64,000 nucleotides of DNA from Candidatus Latescibacterota bacterium (GTDB lineage Bacteria; Latescibacterota; UBA2968; GCA-2709665). Shown piece by piece: positions 10,828 to 19,934 of the stretch. Positions within the stretch are counted from its first letter, which is position 1, and every line of letters begins with the position of its first letter. The position numbers and the translations under genes were made by a program. A model generated the notes under the pieces. The model searched no databases. It was not told the DNA's origin and worked only from the letters and a program-made list of their open reading frames with translations. The DNA lies in assembly GCA_965237675.1 (NCBI GenBank), contig OZ250150.1, positions 2,176,001 to 2,240,000 of the forward strand, read 5' to 3'.

Positions 10828-11301
10828 TCACCCGCTTTGTGCCGACCAAAGTCTCAGCAGAACCCGCACACCAAGCCCGGTTACGCACCCCGCGGCGGCG
10901 GCCGCGAAAACGACCCATCCGCCCTCCAACAATACCAGCAATACGGCGCTGATGCCGAGCGACAGACCCCAGAAGAGCCCCGCTCCAAGGCTCCAGTCCA
11001 GCAGCACCGATACAAAGCCCACGCCCATGGCCGCCGGTATGGCCGCGACAAACCCGACGATCACCCCGTCGAACGGGTCCCAATAGACTCCAGCCCCGAC
11101 TCCCAAACCCAGCACCATGCCAATGCCGGTGCTGATGTCGCTGCCCAAACCTACAATCAACCCCAACGCCAGACCCCATCCCATCCCCAATCCCAACGCG
11201 TGGAGCCAGCCGGACTGCCCGACCATAAAGTGCGAAAACGGTCCCATCAGGACAAAGGCCACTCCGAACACGAATGCCCCGTGGATGACTCTCCGCAACA
11301 C
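10828..11301 (-). CDS. Gly-rich multi-pass membrane protein of unknown function
   Basis: Several hydrophobic GxxxG helices. A GTG start at 11301 is preceded by AGGAG. Confidence 0.6.
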   Translation of the reverse strand: MLRRVIHGAFVFGVAFVLMGPFSHFMVGQSGWLHALGLGMGWGLALGLIVGLGSDISTGIGMVLGLGVGAGVYWDPFDGVIVGFVAAIPAAMGVGFVSVLLDWSLGAGLFWGLSLGISAVLLVLLEGGWVVFAAAAAGCVTGLGVRVLLRLWSAQSG

Positions 11302-11419
11302 CGCTGCTCCTATCCCATTTCTATTCGGTTCAATCCTGCCGACCCACGGGATAATTCGACATCGTGCGGGATGATCCCGTAGTTTGACGTGTGGTTCGGC
11401 TGAAGACAGAGACTCCGCC

Positions 11420-11863
11420 TCACCGCGTCTCCTGAACTTCGGACGGAGAGGCAGTGCTCCAGGGGCCGTCGCCGGGCCGGGAAGACGGATCGACCAACTG
11501 GTCGATCGATACGTCGAGCACGCCGGCGAGTCTGCGAAACAGGGCGAGTGTGCCGGGCTTGTGCCCGTTTTCAATCTGTGACAGGTAGCCCTTTGAAACG
11601 CCTACCAACCCGGCCAGCGAGGCCAGCGTGAACGCGCGGTGCTTTCGCCACACACGCAAGGGCGATCCACCGTCGAGGATGGCTTTCACGACTTCCCCCG
11701 GAACCGTCTCGCCCGCGTCGTCATCCGCCCAGGCCCTGTCAATGGCCGCGGAATCGTTCGCGTCTTCGAGCGTGGCGGCCATGCGGCGGTACGCGTCGAT
11801 CGGGATAACCGCATATTCGGGCTCCCCGTCCTTTACGATGATCTGCACGTGTCGTTCGTTCAT
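11420..11863 (-). CDS. XRE-family HTH antitoxin (HigA-like), orphan
   Basis: N-terminal VQII..GEPEYAVIP..Y motif and a C-terminal HTH (LRVWRKHRAFT...VSKGYLSQIENG). No toxin upstream. Confidence 0.8.
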   Translation of the reverse strand: MNERHVQIIVKDGEPEYAVIPIDAYRRMAATLEDANDSAAIDRAWADDDAGETVPGEVVKAILDGGSPLRVWRKHRAFTLASLAGLVGVSKGYLSQIENGHKPGTLALFRRLAGVLDVSIDQLVDPSSRPGDGPWSTASPSEVQETR

Positions 11864-11883
11864 CGGTAAAACCTCTACATCAA

Positions 11884-12050
11884 GCTGGCCCCATACATTA
11901 CACGAATGCCTGATGACTCAGATGGGCCTACCTGGATCGGCATGTCGTGGATGGATGACCTGACACGGAGGCCCGGATTTTTGAATAAATATAGTGGGAT
12001 GATGGAAGAGTACGGCAGGAAATGAGGCCTGTCATCCCCAAATGTCAGAT
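11884..12050 (-). repeat. Promoter plus 5' leader, copy A (homologous to 13519-13683)
   Basis: Colinear similarity with copy B. Minus-strand ATGACA-17-TACTCT at 12035-12007. Confidence 0.7.
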
Positions 12051-12098
12051 TCGACCGGACTGTGAATGAGGTGATTTTGCGGTTGCTGAAATAAATTC

Positions 12099-12168
12099 AC
12101 ATGGATGGACAGGATAGGCAGGATAAGAAACAGGACTTTTCAATCCTGATCATCCTGTATATCCATGT
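12099..12168. repeat. REP-like palindrome family A (ACATGGATGGACAGGAT...ATCCTGT..ATCCATGT)
   Basis: Inverted repeat. Further copies at 13720-14006 (split), 15510-15579, 38381-38430 and 39228-39277. Confidence 0.8.
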
Positions 12169-12215
12169 TTCTAACCTGCAAGCTGCATTTCATATGCTTC
12201 TCGAACTGCCGCGGG

Positions 12216-13502
12216 TTAACCGGCCCGCAGGACGTTATCGATGGCGGCGCGAACGATTTTTTCCGACCGTCCCGACACGAAGGCGTCAACCGGCTCGTAT
12301 CCGCCCTCGGCAAAAGAACTCGCCAGGGTGATGTACCCGGTCCCCAAATCCCCGTACCCCGCCACGGCGACAAAGGCGTCCGGACGGCTCGCATGCGCGT
12401 GCAGTTGGTATTCGATAAAGATCTCGCCCGGTAAATTCAACACCGCCACCCGGTCGTTGAGATGGATGCAGGTGACGGGAATGGGCCGCTCGCGGCGGCG
12501 CAGATACGTCAGCATGAGGGCGTTTTTGCTATGCATCTTGGCCCCTCTGCCCACCGACGCGATTTTCGCCAGCAGGTCTTCCTCGTCCAGATCCTCCCGC
12601 GGCGGAAGCCGCACTGGCTCAACCGTCCAGCGTATGCGTTCCAGGGGTTGCCGCGACCTGTTCTGCTCCGCTTCCACCATGGCGCTATGGATGCGCCCGG
12701 TGAACAATTCACGGTTGTCGGCCACGCCGTCGTTGTACTTGCCCGCCGTGACATTGCCCCCGCAACCGGTGAAGTATATGTGCGGCACCCCGCTTTCTTC
12801 CGTGCGGCGGTTGCGCGCGAGGCCGACGAATTCGGGCGTCACCAGCCCGGTGCCATCCATGCTGGTGGGATGGACGGCATAGTAGTGCAACAGGGCCAGG
12901 GCCGTGTCTCCCTGGTAAAAGCCGATCGTCTTGAGCATGGGGTCGATGACGCCCTCGGGAGCCGCCCGCACCTCCGGATCGGGGGTCTTGGTCCAGCGCA
13001 CTGCGGCCACTTTGCCGTCCGGGCCCATCACCCGCCGATTGGAGGCAATCCGGTCGACTTTGGCCTGCCCCACGGCAATCTCCGTGCAGGGCTGCAACCT
13101 GGTCATGGCTTCGCCGGCTGCTTGCGCCGCATGGGTCCGCACCTTTTCGGCCCAGTTGCCAGTCATAATGATATCGGGATGGCCGTGGGCGTCGAGAATG
13201 TTCTGGGCATCACGGTCGGGCCATGGGGTATCGTGGGCGTGGATGCAGTGCACGGCCACCCGCTCGGCCTCGGTTCCCACGGCCACGGCCAGCGCCTCCC
13301 GCCAGCGGTCGTAATCGCCGTTGCTCAATTCAGACCAGTCGAGGGCGCAGAGGACCATGGGTAACTCATCGTCCGGCACCAGAATCAGCCCCAGGGCAGC
13401 CAGCGGGTCCAGGATGCCTTTGGCCGGAGGATACCACCCCGCACAAAGCGGAAAGCCCAGCGGCGGCGTCACGTCGGATTGGAAAGTGGCGAGTTGGATC
13501 AT
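12216..13502 (-). CDS. Neutral/alkaline ceramidase-like hydrolase, hypothetical
   Basis: DVTPP, HCIHAHDTP, YAVHPT, GCGGN and LPGEIF motifs typical of this fold. Start MIQL (13502) after GGAG. Confidence 0.7.
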   Translation of the reverse strand: MIQLATFQSDVTPPLGFPLCAGWYPPAKGILDPLAALGLILVPDDELPMVLCALDWSELSNGDYDRWREALAVAVGTEAERVAVHCIHAHDTPWPDRDAQNILDAHGHPDIIMTGNWAEKVRTHAAQAAGEAMTRLQPCTEIAVGQAKVDRIASNRRVMGPDGKVAAVRWTKTPDPEVRAAPEGVIDPMLKTIGFYQGDTALALLHYYAVHPTSMDGTGLVTPEFVGLARNRRTEESGVPHIYFTGCGGNVTAGKYNDGVADNRELFTGRIHSAMVEAEQNRSRQPLERIRWTVEPVRLPPREDLDEEDLLAKIASVGRGAKMHSKNALMLTYLRRRERPIPVTCIHLNDRVAVLNLPGEIFIEYQLHAHASRPDAFVAVAGYGDLGTGYITLASSFAEGGYEPVDAFVSGRSEKIVRAAIDNVLRAG

Positions 13503-13518
13503 GGCTTCTCCATAATTG

Positions 13519-13683
13519 GCTGGCCCCGGCATGACGTGTATGCCTGACAACTCAGATGCACCCTGTCGACACGGCATGTTCTGGATGGCTGATGCAACAC
13601 GGGGCCCCGGAATTTCGACTAAAATAGTGGGCTGATTGCAAAGTACGGCGAGAAATAAACCCTGTCAACCCGAAACATCAGAT
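13519..13683 (-). promoter_or_regulatory. Sigma70 promoter plus 5' leader, copy B
   Basis: Minus-strand TTGACA (13668-13663) - 17 nt - TACTTT (13645-13640). Homologous to 11884-12050. Confidence 0.7.
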
Positions 13684-14037
13684 CACGATCCAGGTGAACC
13701 CGGGAACACCAAAGAATACTCACATGGATGGACAGGATAACACCGGGATTCGCGTGATTATCGTGATTAACTATGATTAAACCGCAGAAAGAGACTGTAA
13801 TTGATGTGATGTTGGGATTGACCTGGAGGGGTCGACATCCCCGGCGCGGCATGCAGGCCGTAAAGTCCACGCCCTACCCTTGACCCTTTATCATTGACAC
13901 GAAACCTTAAGCAAGCACCATGAACAAACATGTATCCATTTTGCGTAGAAGTCACACTGTAAGACTCAAGAACCCTTCAATCCTGATAATCGTGTCGAAC
14001 CATGTTCCGCACCTGTAATGACCTTGTTATCCTTGCC

Positions 14038-14066
14038 TTGACAACGAACGATGGAAATACTATACT
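14038..14066 (+). promoter_or_regulatory. Near-consensus sigma70 promoter
   Basis: TTGACA - 17 nt - TATACT. Confidence 0.7.
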
Positions 14067-14069
14067 TAT

Positions 14070-14282
14070 GTGCACTATACCTCATACAATGGCGAAATTA
14101 TTGAAGATTATCCGGGCGATGAACCCTACCCAAGTTGTCTGATATATGGAAAAAGTGCAGATGAAGAGCCCATCCACAGTGTATGGGCTTATAGTGAGAA
14201 GAATCAAAGAGCAATATTGATTACCGTTTATCGCCCGAATCCGACACGATGGATCAATTGGCGTAACAGGAGGACTCTGTGA
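14070..14282 (+). pseudogene. DUF4258-family toxin, 5'-truncated
   Basis: GEIIEDYP..PYPSCLIYG...PIHSV...LITVYRP is the C-terminal half of DUF4258. The N-terminal part is missing. Confidence 0.7.
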
Positions 14283-15424
14283 TGGCGTCCTTTGACAGAT
14301 GTCCGGTGTGTGGTGGCCCGATTGTTGAGAGGGAAGTCGAGAAGGGTCTGCGAGGTGGCTTTGTAAGGGAGACCGTAAGAATGCGGACCGACGTGTGTCT
14401 GAAATGTGGGGAACGTCTTTACACGCCGGAGGCGGCACAACGGCTCGAGAATACAGGATCAGGACTAAAATCCAGGGATACGGCGGATGCCAAAAAAACG
14501 CCGCTTGGGACCAAACTGGATTACGAGGGATGGTTTCTCGGTTTTCTGGAAAAGCGTTATGATATGGTCCGGAAGAACGACACGTTTCCAGTGCTCAGGG
14601 TCACGAGCGGTGAGGAGTCCTGGAATTTATCGGCACGATCGGAGAAGAAACTCGAAGAGAAGGTCTTTCGTGACTTATCGCCAATGCATGCCGTAATGCC
14701 CCTCACTTTTGTCGCTTCCTTCAAGGCGCTCGAGATGATCTTCGAGTTGATATTTGAAGAGAATTGCGAGCTGGGCAAAATCCGAATGATCCCTTGTCAT
14801 TCCGAGGCGAAGATGGAGTTGTTTGAAAAAGAAGACGATCTCCAATTACCGACGTTTTTCGAAAGCCATGCCCATCTTTTCGCCTCTGCGAGGTCGCTTT
14901 ATTGCGAACTGCTGCCGTACCGCGACGAGGTCGTACACAGAAATAGCTTCTGTGTATCCGGAGATACATTGACGCTTTCAAATGTCAGGACGGGCGCCAC
15001 CCTCGCGCTGACCAGCAACCAGGTTGACTGTTTGGTGCGTTTCGTCCGCGCGCTTGTCCGTGCGCTGGCGGGGGAGATTGTTGTCGACGATCACAAGGAC
15101 AGGACAATTCAGTACTATCTCAGCATACTGGCGCCTTTAGTCGGTTCGGATTCATTGATGCATCGGACGCCGCAATTTGTGCATGTGGAACTCACCGCGC
15201 CCAGAAAAGGGCCCGCTTTCCCGGCGGATCTGAAGCTTGTGCGGGATGTGCTATCCCATACATACGAAAAACAGGAAGTCTTCTTTGACCTTAAAGTGAT
15301 CGCCATCGATGGTGACAAGATCGTTGTCAGTTGGCACTTTGCGCCGGACGAAGTGCCGGACGTGGATCTGTTGACCTTTTACGAGGAATCTCACAAGACA
15401 CACCGCGAGGAAATCGTCAGTTAA
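14279..15424 (+). CDS. YgiT/MqsA-type zinc finger fused to a putative HEPN domain
   Basis: CPVCGG...VCLKCGERLYTPE zinc finger, then a helical region with E (KALEMIF) and R-x4-H (YRDEVVH). Confidence 0.6.
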   Translation: MMASFDRCPVCGGPIVEREVEKGLRGGFVRETVRMRTDVCLKCGERLYTPEAAQRLENTGSGLKSRDTADAKKTPLGTKLDYEGWFLGFLEKRYDMVRKNDTFPVLRVTSGEESWNLSARSEKKLEEKVFRDLSPMHAVMPLTFVASFKALEMIFELIFEENCELGKIRMIPCHSEAKMELFEKEDDLQLPTFFESHAHLFASARSLYCELLPYRDEVVHRNSFCVSGDTLTLSNVRTGATLALTSNQVDCLVRFVRALVRALAGEIVVDDHKDRTIQYYLSILAPLVGSDSLMHRTPQFVHVELTAPRKGPAFPADLKLVRDVLSHTYEKQEVFFDLKVIAIDGDKIVVSWHFAPDEVPDVDLLTFYEESHKTHREEIVS

Positions 15425-15509
15425 GTCTTGCCCAGTGGATATTCCAAACCAAGAATTCAGTGTGGACGGGATGTGATTCGGGTGAACGTGGGATTGCAGA
15501 AAACCATTC

Positions 15510-15579
15510 ACATGGATGGACAGGATACACAGGATAGGTAACACGACGCTTCAATCCTGTGCATCCTGTGCATCCATGT
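15510..15579. repeat. REP-like palindrome family A
   Basis: ACATGGATGGACAGGATACACAGGAT / ATCCTGTGCATCCTGTGCATCCATGT, immediately upstream of DUF5131. Confidence 0.8.
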
Positions 15580-15606
15580 TTCTTGTCGATCATGAGGGGA
15601 GTTTCC

Positions 15607-16353
15607 ATGTCCCGGAAGAGCGCCATTGAGTGGACCAACGGCACCTGGAACCCGGTTACCGGCTGTACAAAGGTCAGCGCAGGCTGCGACCATTGTTATG
15701 CCGAGCGCCTTTCCGAGCGCTTTCGAGGAGTCGCGGGGCACCCGTTCGAGAGCGGCTTTGACCTGACTCTACGACCTCAGCGCCTGGAACAACCCCTGCG
15801 CTGGCGGCGTCCACAACTCATCTTCGTCAATTCGATGAGCGATCTGTTCCACAAGGAAATTCCCACGGAGTACATCCATCGCGTATTCGACACCATGGAA
15901 CGCGCCGACTGGCACATCTACCAGGTACTCACCAAGCGCAGTTCCCTGATGCGCCGCTTTGTCGAGGAGCGTTACCCAGGCGGGCAGGCGCCATCACATA
16001 TCTGGCTGGGTGTTTCCATCGAAAACGATGCGGCGCTCACGCGGCTACGACATCTCAAAGAGACGAACGCGTCCGTCCGCTTTGTCTCATTCGAGCCCCT
16101 GCTGGGTTCGATTGGGGACGTCAATCTCGAACAAATACACTGGGTGATTGCGGGCGGGGAAAGCGGGCCAGGAGCGCGGAAGGTTCAAGCAGATTGGGTG
16201 CGTGAATTGCGGGATCAGTGTGAGGCACAAGATGTCGCTTTCTTCTTCAAGCAGTGGGGTGGGCGCACTCCCAAAGCGGGCGGCAATACGCTGGATGGAC
16301 GTCAGTGGATGGAGTATCCTGCCGTAAATGGTTCAGCTTCCAATTCGACTTAG
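15607..16353 (+). CDS. DUF5131 (phage Gp37/Gp68) three-Cys radical-SAM-like protein, copy 1
   Basis: IEWT..TWNPVTGCTKVSAGCDHCYA (CX6CX2C), FVNSMSDLFH, EPLLG, GGESG and FFFKQWGG. Confidence 0.92.
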   Translation: MSRKSAIEWTNGTWNPVTGCTKVSAGCDHCYAERLSERFRGVAGHPFESGFDLTLRPQRLEQPLRWRRPQLIFVNSMSDLFHKEIPTEYIHRVFDTMERADWHIYQVLTKRSSLMRRFVEERYPGGQAPSHIWLGVSIENDAALTRLRHLKETNASVRFVSFEPLLGSIGDVNLEQIHWVIAGGESGPGARKVQADWVRELRDQCEAQDVAFFFKQWGGRTPKAGGNTLDGRQWMEYPAVNGSASNST

Positions 16354-16464
16354 ATAATGCGATCATACGCTTGGGTAGATTTCCCACTCTCTTTGCTGCG
16401 CGGGAAGCAAAAACCCGATATCCAATAAACCGCAAGGGCAAAACGTGTCCACAAAGAGCAGGCT

Positions 16465-17577
16465 ATGATGACAAACGCAACCTTTTTCCATGTGAGTAAA
16501 GAGCAGTCGCAAGTGAAGTCTGCTATTGTGGCGAAATATTTCGACGCCTGGTCCACGGTTATGGTTAGCACTCAAAGCAGGTATAACCGCAATAAAAAGA
16601 TCGCATATATTGACCTTTTCGCGGGGCCAGGGAGATATGCCGATGGGACAATCTCAACGCCGTTATGGGTCTTAAAGAAAGCCATTCAAAATGATGTATT
16701 GCGCGATTGTTTGGTCACGATATTCAATGACAAAGACGAACACAATACAAACTCACTTAAGCAGGCAATCAGCGAATTGCCCGGCATAGAGACACTCAAT
16801 TACCAGCCGATAATCAAAACCCAAGTGGTTGGCGACGAGATCGTGAGAATGTTCGAGCAAATGCAACTGATTCCTACATTGTTTTTTGTGGACCCATGGG
16901 GATACAAGGGACTTTCGCTTCGTCTGGTAAACTCCGTACTCAAGGATTGGGGCTGTGATTGTATCTTTTTCTTCAACTACAATCGAATTAACATGGGCTT
17001 GAATAACGATGCGGTACGGGAACATATGAACGCGTTATTTGGCGAAGAACGGGCCGACACTTTGCGCCCCAAACTCGAAAGTCTTTCACCACAAGATCGT
17101 GAGTTGGCAATTGTTGAGGAACTCTGTAACGCCATTCGAGATTTAGGGGCTCAATTTGTCCTTCCATTTACGTTCAAGGATCATGGCGGGTCACGAACAA
17201 GCCACCATTTGATCTTTGTGAGTAAGCATATGAAGGGGTACGAAATAATGAAGGATATTATGGCTAGCGAGTCGTCTGCGAGTCAACAAGGTGTCGCGAG
17301 TTTCGAATACAACCCAGCTGATAGCCGACAGCCGTTTCTATTTGAATACTCGCGCCCTCTTGATGATTTGGGGGGCATGTTACTTGAAGAATTCTCCGGA
17401 CAGAAATTGAAGATGTCCGCTATTTATGAACAACATAACTTAAACAAACCCTACACCGCGAGTAATTATAAACAGGTTCTAATTCAGTTGGAGCAACAGG
17501 GGAAGATCGTTGCCTCCAAACATAGAAAAAACACATTTGGCGACAACGTTGTTGTTACTTTTCCTCACCGACGATAG
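16465..17577 (+). CDS. tcmP: Three-Cys-motif partner protein TcmP (SAM-dependent methyltransferase-like fold), copy 1
   Basis: QSQVKSAIVAKY, YIDLFAGPG SAM-binding loop and FFVDPWGY. Adjacent to DUF5131. Confidence 0.85.
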   Translation: MMTNATFFHVSKEQSQVKSAIVAKYFDAWSTVMVSTQSRYNRNKKIAYIDLFAGPGRYADGTISTPLWVLKKAIQNDVLRDCLVTIFNDKDEHNTNSLKQAISELPGIETLNYQPIIKTQVVGDEIVRMFEQMQLIPTLFFVDPWGYKGLSLRLVNSVLKDWGCDCIFFFNYNRINMGLNNDAVREHMNALFGEERADTLRPKLESLSPQDRELAIVEELCNAIRDLGAQFVLPFTFKDHGGSRTSHHLIFVSKHMKGYEIMKDIMASESSASQQGVASFEYNPADSRQPFLFEYSRPLDDLGGMLLEEFSGQKLKMSAIYEQHNLNKPYTASNYKQVLIQLEQQGKIVASKHRKNTFGDNVVVTFPHRR

Positions 17578-17892
17578 AATTGTTCGGAGGGTGCCAATGA
17601 CATTACGGCATCCGTCGCCGTCCATATGACACCAACCCAAATCGGCTTTGTCCTAAGTGTCTACAGTCTTGGGAAGCGTAGGGGGCGACGCATTGCCAAG
17701 AAATACTCACACCAGCCGCGCTTCGGACCGCGCGAACCGCTGCTCCAGATGGGTCGGATTCGGCCAAGACGAGATTTTTTGCTTGGGCACAGGTTCGACT
17801 TAGGATTTGTGAATCGACAATATTTGGCTACTTCTCGCGGTTTGGCTGCTGCATATGCTAAAGACGATAAACTCACGACGATGGGAAGGAAA

Positions 17893-18102
17893 ATGAAGTT
17901 AGACATTGATGCACTGCTGGAGAAAAACGCCAACGTATGAGACTTTGTCGAGAAAAACCAGGTGTTGCCTTGGAAATGTCCACCGGCAAGAAAAGCGAAA
18001 TACCGACTTGAAGACCCTTTCGGGGCTAGACGTCAGGCCGACGATGCGCCTGTCAGCCATCTCAGACCAAAGGTGACGTCTATCACAATCAATCGTCTTT
18101 AA
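17893..18102 (+). pseudogene. Small conserved ORF, copy 1, with an internal TGA (17938-17940)
   Basis: MKLDIDALLEKNANV*DFVEKNQ...CPPARKAKYRLEDPFGARR, colinear with the intact copy at 22033-22218 (AGA to TGA). Confidence 0.75.
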
Positions 18103-18248
18103 TGTAATTTCAGGTCTTTCTCTTGCCCAAAATCACCGCACTTAAGTCAGAGTATGAATTGTCTGACAAATTATCGGCGCGTACGGAACGATCAAAACGG
18201 AACAGCAAGGTCAAAATGACAAACTTCACCCCATAGAGGATTGTTAAA

Positions 18249-19010
18249 ATGGCCGACAAGTCTGCGATTGAATGGACCGACGCAACGTGGAATCCAGTTA
18301 CCGGCTGCACCAAAGTCACGCGTGGCTGCGACAACTGTTACGCCGAGCGAATTGCCGAACGGTTTCGCGGCGTAAAGGGCCATCCATTCGAAAACGGGTT
18401 CGAGCTCACGCTCCGACCAGAGCGGCTTTCCCAACCGCTTTCCTGGAAACGCCCGCGAAGAGTATTTGTGAATTCGATGAGTGACCTGTTTCACAATAAG
18501 ATTCCGACAGATTTTATAGATCGCGTCTTCGACACGATGGAGGATGCCAACCGTCACATTTTTCAGATCCTAACAAAACGAAGTTCACTTATGCAGAATT
18601 ATCTGCAGGGAAGATATGGGCACGGGGCAGCACCGCGTCACATCTGGTGCGGAGTGTCCGTTGAAGACCACACCGCAACCGCCAGAATCCGGCACCTCCA
18701 GAAGGCACCGGTGCCGATTCGTTTCCTTTCAATAGAACCACTTCTGGGTCCTGTGGGAAAAATCGACCTGGAAGGGATATCCTGGGTAATTGTAGGCGGC
18801 GAAAGCGGCCCAAACGCTCGGCCCATGAAAGAATGTTGGGTAATAGAAGTCAAGGAAATCTGCGAACGCAATGGGGTCGATTTCTTCTTCAAGCAATGGG
18901 GCGGACTGACCTCAAAATCGGGTGGGCGACGCCTCAAAGGGATCGAGTACAACGCCATGCCTGTACACACTACAATGGAGCAAGACTGTGAATTTCAACT
19001 GGCACCCTAA
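18249..19010 (+). CDS. DUF5131 (Gp37/Gp68) protein, copy 2
   Basis: WNPVTGCTKVTRGCDNCYA, FVNSMSDLFH, GGESG and FFFKQWGG. Confidence 0.92.
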   Translation: MADKSAIEWTDATWNPVTGCTKVTRGCDNCYAERIAERFRGVKGHPFENGFELTLRPERLSQPLSWKRPRRVFVNSMSDLFHNKIPTDFIDRVFDTMEDANRHIFQILTKRSSLMQNYLQGRYGHGAAPRHIWCGVSVEDHTATARIRHLQKAPVPIRFLSIEPLLGPVGKIDLEGISWVIVGGESGPNARPMKECWVIEVKEICERNGVDFFFKQWGGLTSKSGGRRLKGIEYNAMPVHTTMEQDCEFQLAP

Positions 19011-19934
19011 AGATCCTCCACCTTGTATTGACGAACACAGCAAAGCGAAGTTGGAAGTATTGCGTAGCTACCTTCGCGCCTATTTCGATAGGTTGAATGT
19101 CAACCCCAGTCGTGAAGAATTCAGAATCGATCTTGTCGATGGCTTTGCCGGCGGTGGCACGTTTCTGGACGGCGAAAAAATCGTCTCAGGGACGCCTCTG
19201 ATTATGCTGGAAGAGAGCAAAGCGGCGATGGAAAGGCTGAACGAAAATCGCACCAAGCCACTGCGTTTTGATTGCAAATGCTATTTTATCGAAAAAGAAG
19301 CCGCGCATGCGGCTCATCTCCAAAGGGTTCTAAAGGAACGAGAATACGTCTTGGATGACGGCAGAATCGTTGTCCGAAACAGCCTATTTGAAGATGAAGT
19401 CGAAGACATCCTGGCCAAAGTCAAGCACCGCCAGCCTCGCGCAGGTCGTGCGATTTTTCTTCTCGATCAGACCGGATTCTCGCAAGTGGAACTTAAGATT
19501 GTAGCCAAGATAATGCGTGAATTGCCGGCGGCGGAGGTCATCTTGACATTTGCCGCTGAGGCCCTCACAAAACATCTCGCTAATACACCCGAGATGATCA
19601 CGATGGTCGCGCCGCTTGAATTGACCGAATCACAGATACAAGACTTGATTCTACTCAAGAATGGCAACGCAGGAAAAGCGCTCGTTCAAAGGACGCTGCG
19701 CGAGCATATACGCCTAGTAACGGGCGCAACGTACGATACGCCCTTTTTCATACGCCCCAAAATTTCGCGTCGCGCTTTGTGGTTTCTCCATCTGTCAAAA
19801 CATCCGACGGCACGCGACGTCATGATTCAACGTCATTGGGAAATACAGAATACGTTTGAACACTATGGTTCTGGCGATTTCGGGATGCTGGGTTGGGACA
19901 CATTGAGGGATCCTGGAACAATTCCGCTCTTTAG

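Noticed and set aside
8429-11086. 885-aa plus-strand ORF
   Set aside because: Antisense shadow of the zincin gene. It has no motifs and is expected in GC-rich coding DNA.
13530-13620. Leader as a TPP or SAM riboswitch because of CTGAG
   Set aside because: The other conserved aptamer segments are missing. It is kept only as an unknown-structure candidate.
17938-17940. In-frame TGA as selenocysteine or recoding
   Set aside because: It aligns to Arg (AGA) in the paralogue rather than Cys/Trp, and TGA is a normal stop throughout the window.
17626-17940. 104-aa ORF after tcmP-1
   Set aside because: Only its last 15 codons match the small-ORF paralogue. The rest has no recognisable features.
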